A DNA stretch of 16,054 bases from Gemmatimonadota bacterium (GTDB lineage: Bacteria; Latescibacterota; UBA2968; UBA8231): positions 1 through 16,054 of the forward strand of contig JAYOYH010000080.1 in assembly GCA_038153405.1 (NCBI GenBank). The letters are read 5' to 3'. The position numbers and the translations under genes were made by a program. The notes under the pieces were generated by a model, which made no database searches, was not told where the DNA came from, and saw only the letters and a list, made by a program, of their open reading frames with translations. Positions 15,597-16,054 of this stretch are shown here, piece after piece. How positions within the stretch are numbered: the stretch's first letter is position 1; each line of letters starts with the position of its first letter.

Positions 15597-16054
15597 CTAC
15601 TCGCCTTCGTGGTGTTCACCCTCGTGGGTTTCACCTTCGTGGTGCTCGCCCTCGTGGGTTTCACCTTCGTGGTGCTCGCCCTCGTGGGTTTCACCTTCGT
15701 GGTGCTCACCCTCGTGGGTTTCACCTTCGTGGTGCTCACCCTCGTGATGCTCGCCCTCGTGGGTTCCACCCTCATGGTGCTCGCCTTCGTGGTGCTCACC
15801 TTCGTGGTGCTCCAGGTGTCCGGCCTCTTCGGCGTGGGCATCCATCTCTTCGCTAGTTTCGAAGTGTAGGTCGCAGATCTGGCAGTACCAGCCATCGTGA
15901 TGGTCGAGGTGTCCGGCTTCTTCGGCGTGGGCATCCATCTCTTCCCGGGTCTCGAAGTGCAGGTCGCAGATCTGGCAGTACCAGCCATCCGGATGCCCGC
16001 CTTCGTGGTGCTCGCCCTCGTGATGCTCACCTTCGTGGTGCTCGCCCTCGTGAT
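15597..16054 (-). CDS. C-terminal part of a His/Glu-rich repeat protein with two tandem C2H2 zinc fingers; 5' end beyond window edge
   Basis: Frame open from the right edge to TAG at 15597-15599, 151 full residues visible: ..HEGEHHEGEHHEGEHHEGGHP-DGWYCQICDLHFETREEMDAHAEEAGHLDHH-DGWYCQICDLHFETSEEMDAHAEEAGHLE-[(H/T)HEG(E/G)]x14. Differences between repeat copies are mostly synonymous in this frame, and a terminator follows. Confidence 0.85.
   Translation of the reverse strand, partial: HEGEHHEGEHHEGEHHEGGHPDGWYCQICDLHFETREEMDAHAEEAGHLDHHDGWYCQICDLHFETSEEMDAHAEEAGHLEHHEGEHHEGEHHEGGTHEGEHHEGEHHEGETHEGEHHEGETHEGEHHEGETHEGEHHEGETHEGEHHEGE
15600..15809 (-). repeat. 14 x 15-nt tandem repeat encoding (H/T)HEG(E/G), with 30-nt higher-order unit THEGEHHEGE
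   Basis: Units read directly, such as CACCACGAAGGTGAA and ACCCACGAGGGCGAG. The last eight units (15600-15719) alternate THEGE/HHEGE. Confidence 0.95.
15804..15989 (-). repeat. 2 x 93-nt tandem repeat, each copy encoding one 31-aa C2H2 zinc-finger module
   Basis: Copies at 15897-15989 and 15804-15896 differ at 9 of 93 nt. Confidence 0.95.
15996..16054 (-). repeat. Second 15-nt HHEGE array upstream of the zinc fingers (about 4 units visible, truncated by window edge)
   Basis: CATCACGAGGGCGAG / CACCACGAAGGTGAG units continue to the last base. Confidence 0.9.

Noticed and set aside
15466..16030. Alternative-frame ORFs over the repeats (SPSWC/SPSWV, RGFHLRGA, STTKVKPTR, and hydrophobic VGFTFVVL repeats)
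   Set aside because: These are shadows of a stop-free repeat. The synonymous substitution pattern, zinc-finger motif and terminator orientation all favour the HHEGE frame.
15600..16054. Repeat array as a CRISPR or non-coding satellite
   Set aside because: Units are directly adjacent with no unique spacers, are multiples of 3 nt, and vary mainly at synonymous positions of one minus-strand frame.

Overview
GC-rich bacterial window, densely coding, with metabolic and accessory genes and no rRNA, tRNA, CRISPR array or mobile element that I can see. Left to right it holds: three tandem minus-strand PhyH-type Fe(II)/2-oxoglutarate dioxygenase genes (the last is a PhyH-HEAT-repeat fusion that runs off the left edge and is absent from the ORF track); a divergent DUF1080 (3-keto-disaccharide hydrolase-like) gene; a secreted GH18 hydrolase with a PNPFN/FlgD-Ig-type C-terminal domain; a CNNM/CBS membrane protein; a large secreted metzincin protease; a fourth PhyH dioxygenase; an FAD-dependent oxidoreductase divergent from a sodium:solute symporter; and an MBL-fold hydrolase. 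The window ends in the 3' part of a very unusual gene: two tandem, near-identical, acidic canonical C2H2 zinc fingers embedded in (H/T)HEGE pentapeptide arrays, followed by a clean strand-specific terminator. That protein is the strongest novelty candidate. The gene mix resembles uncultured marine or sponge-associated lineages such as Latescibacterota or Poribacteria, but this is inference only.
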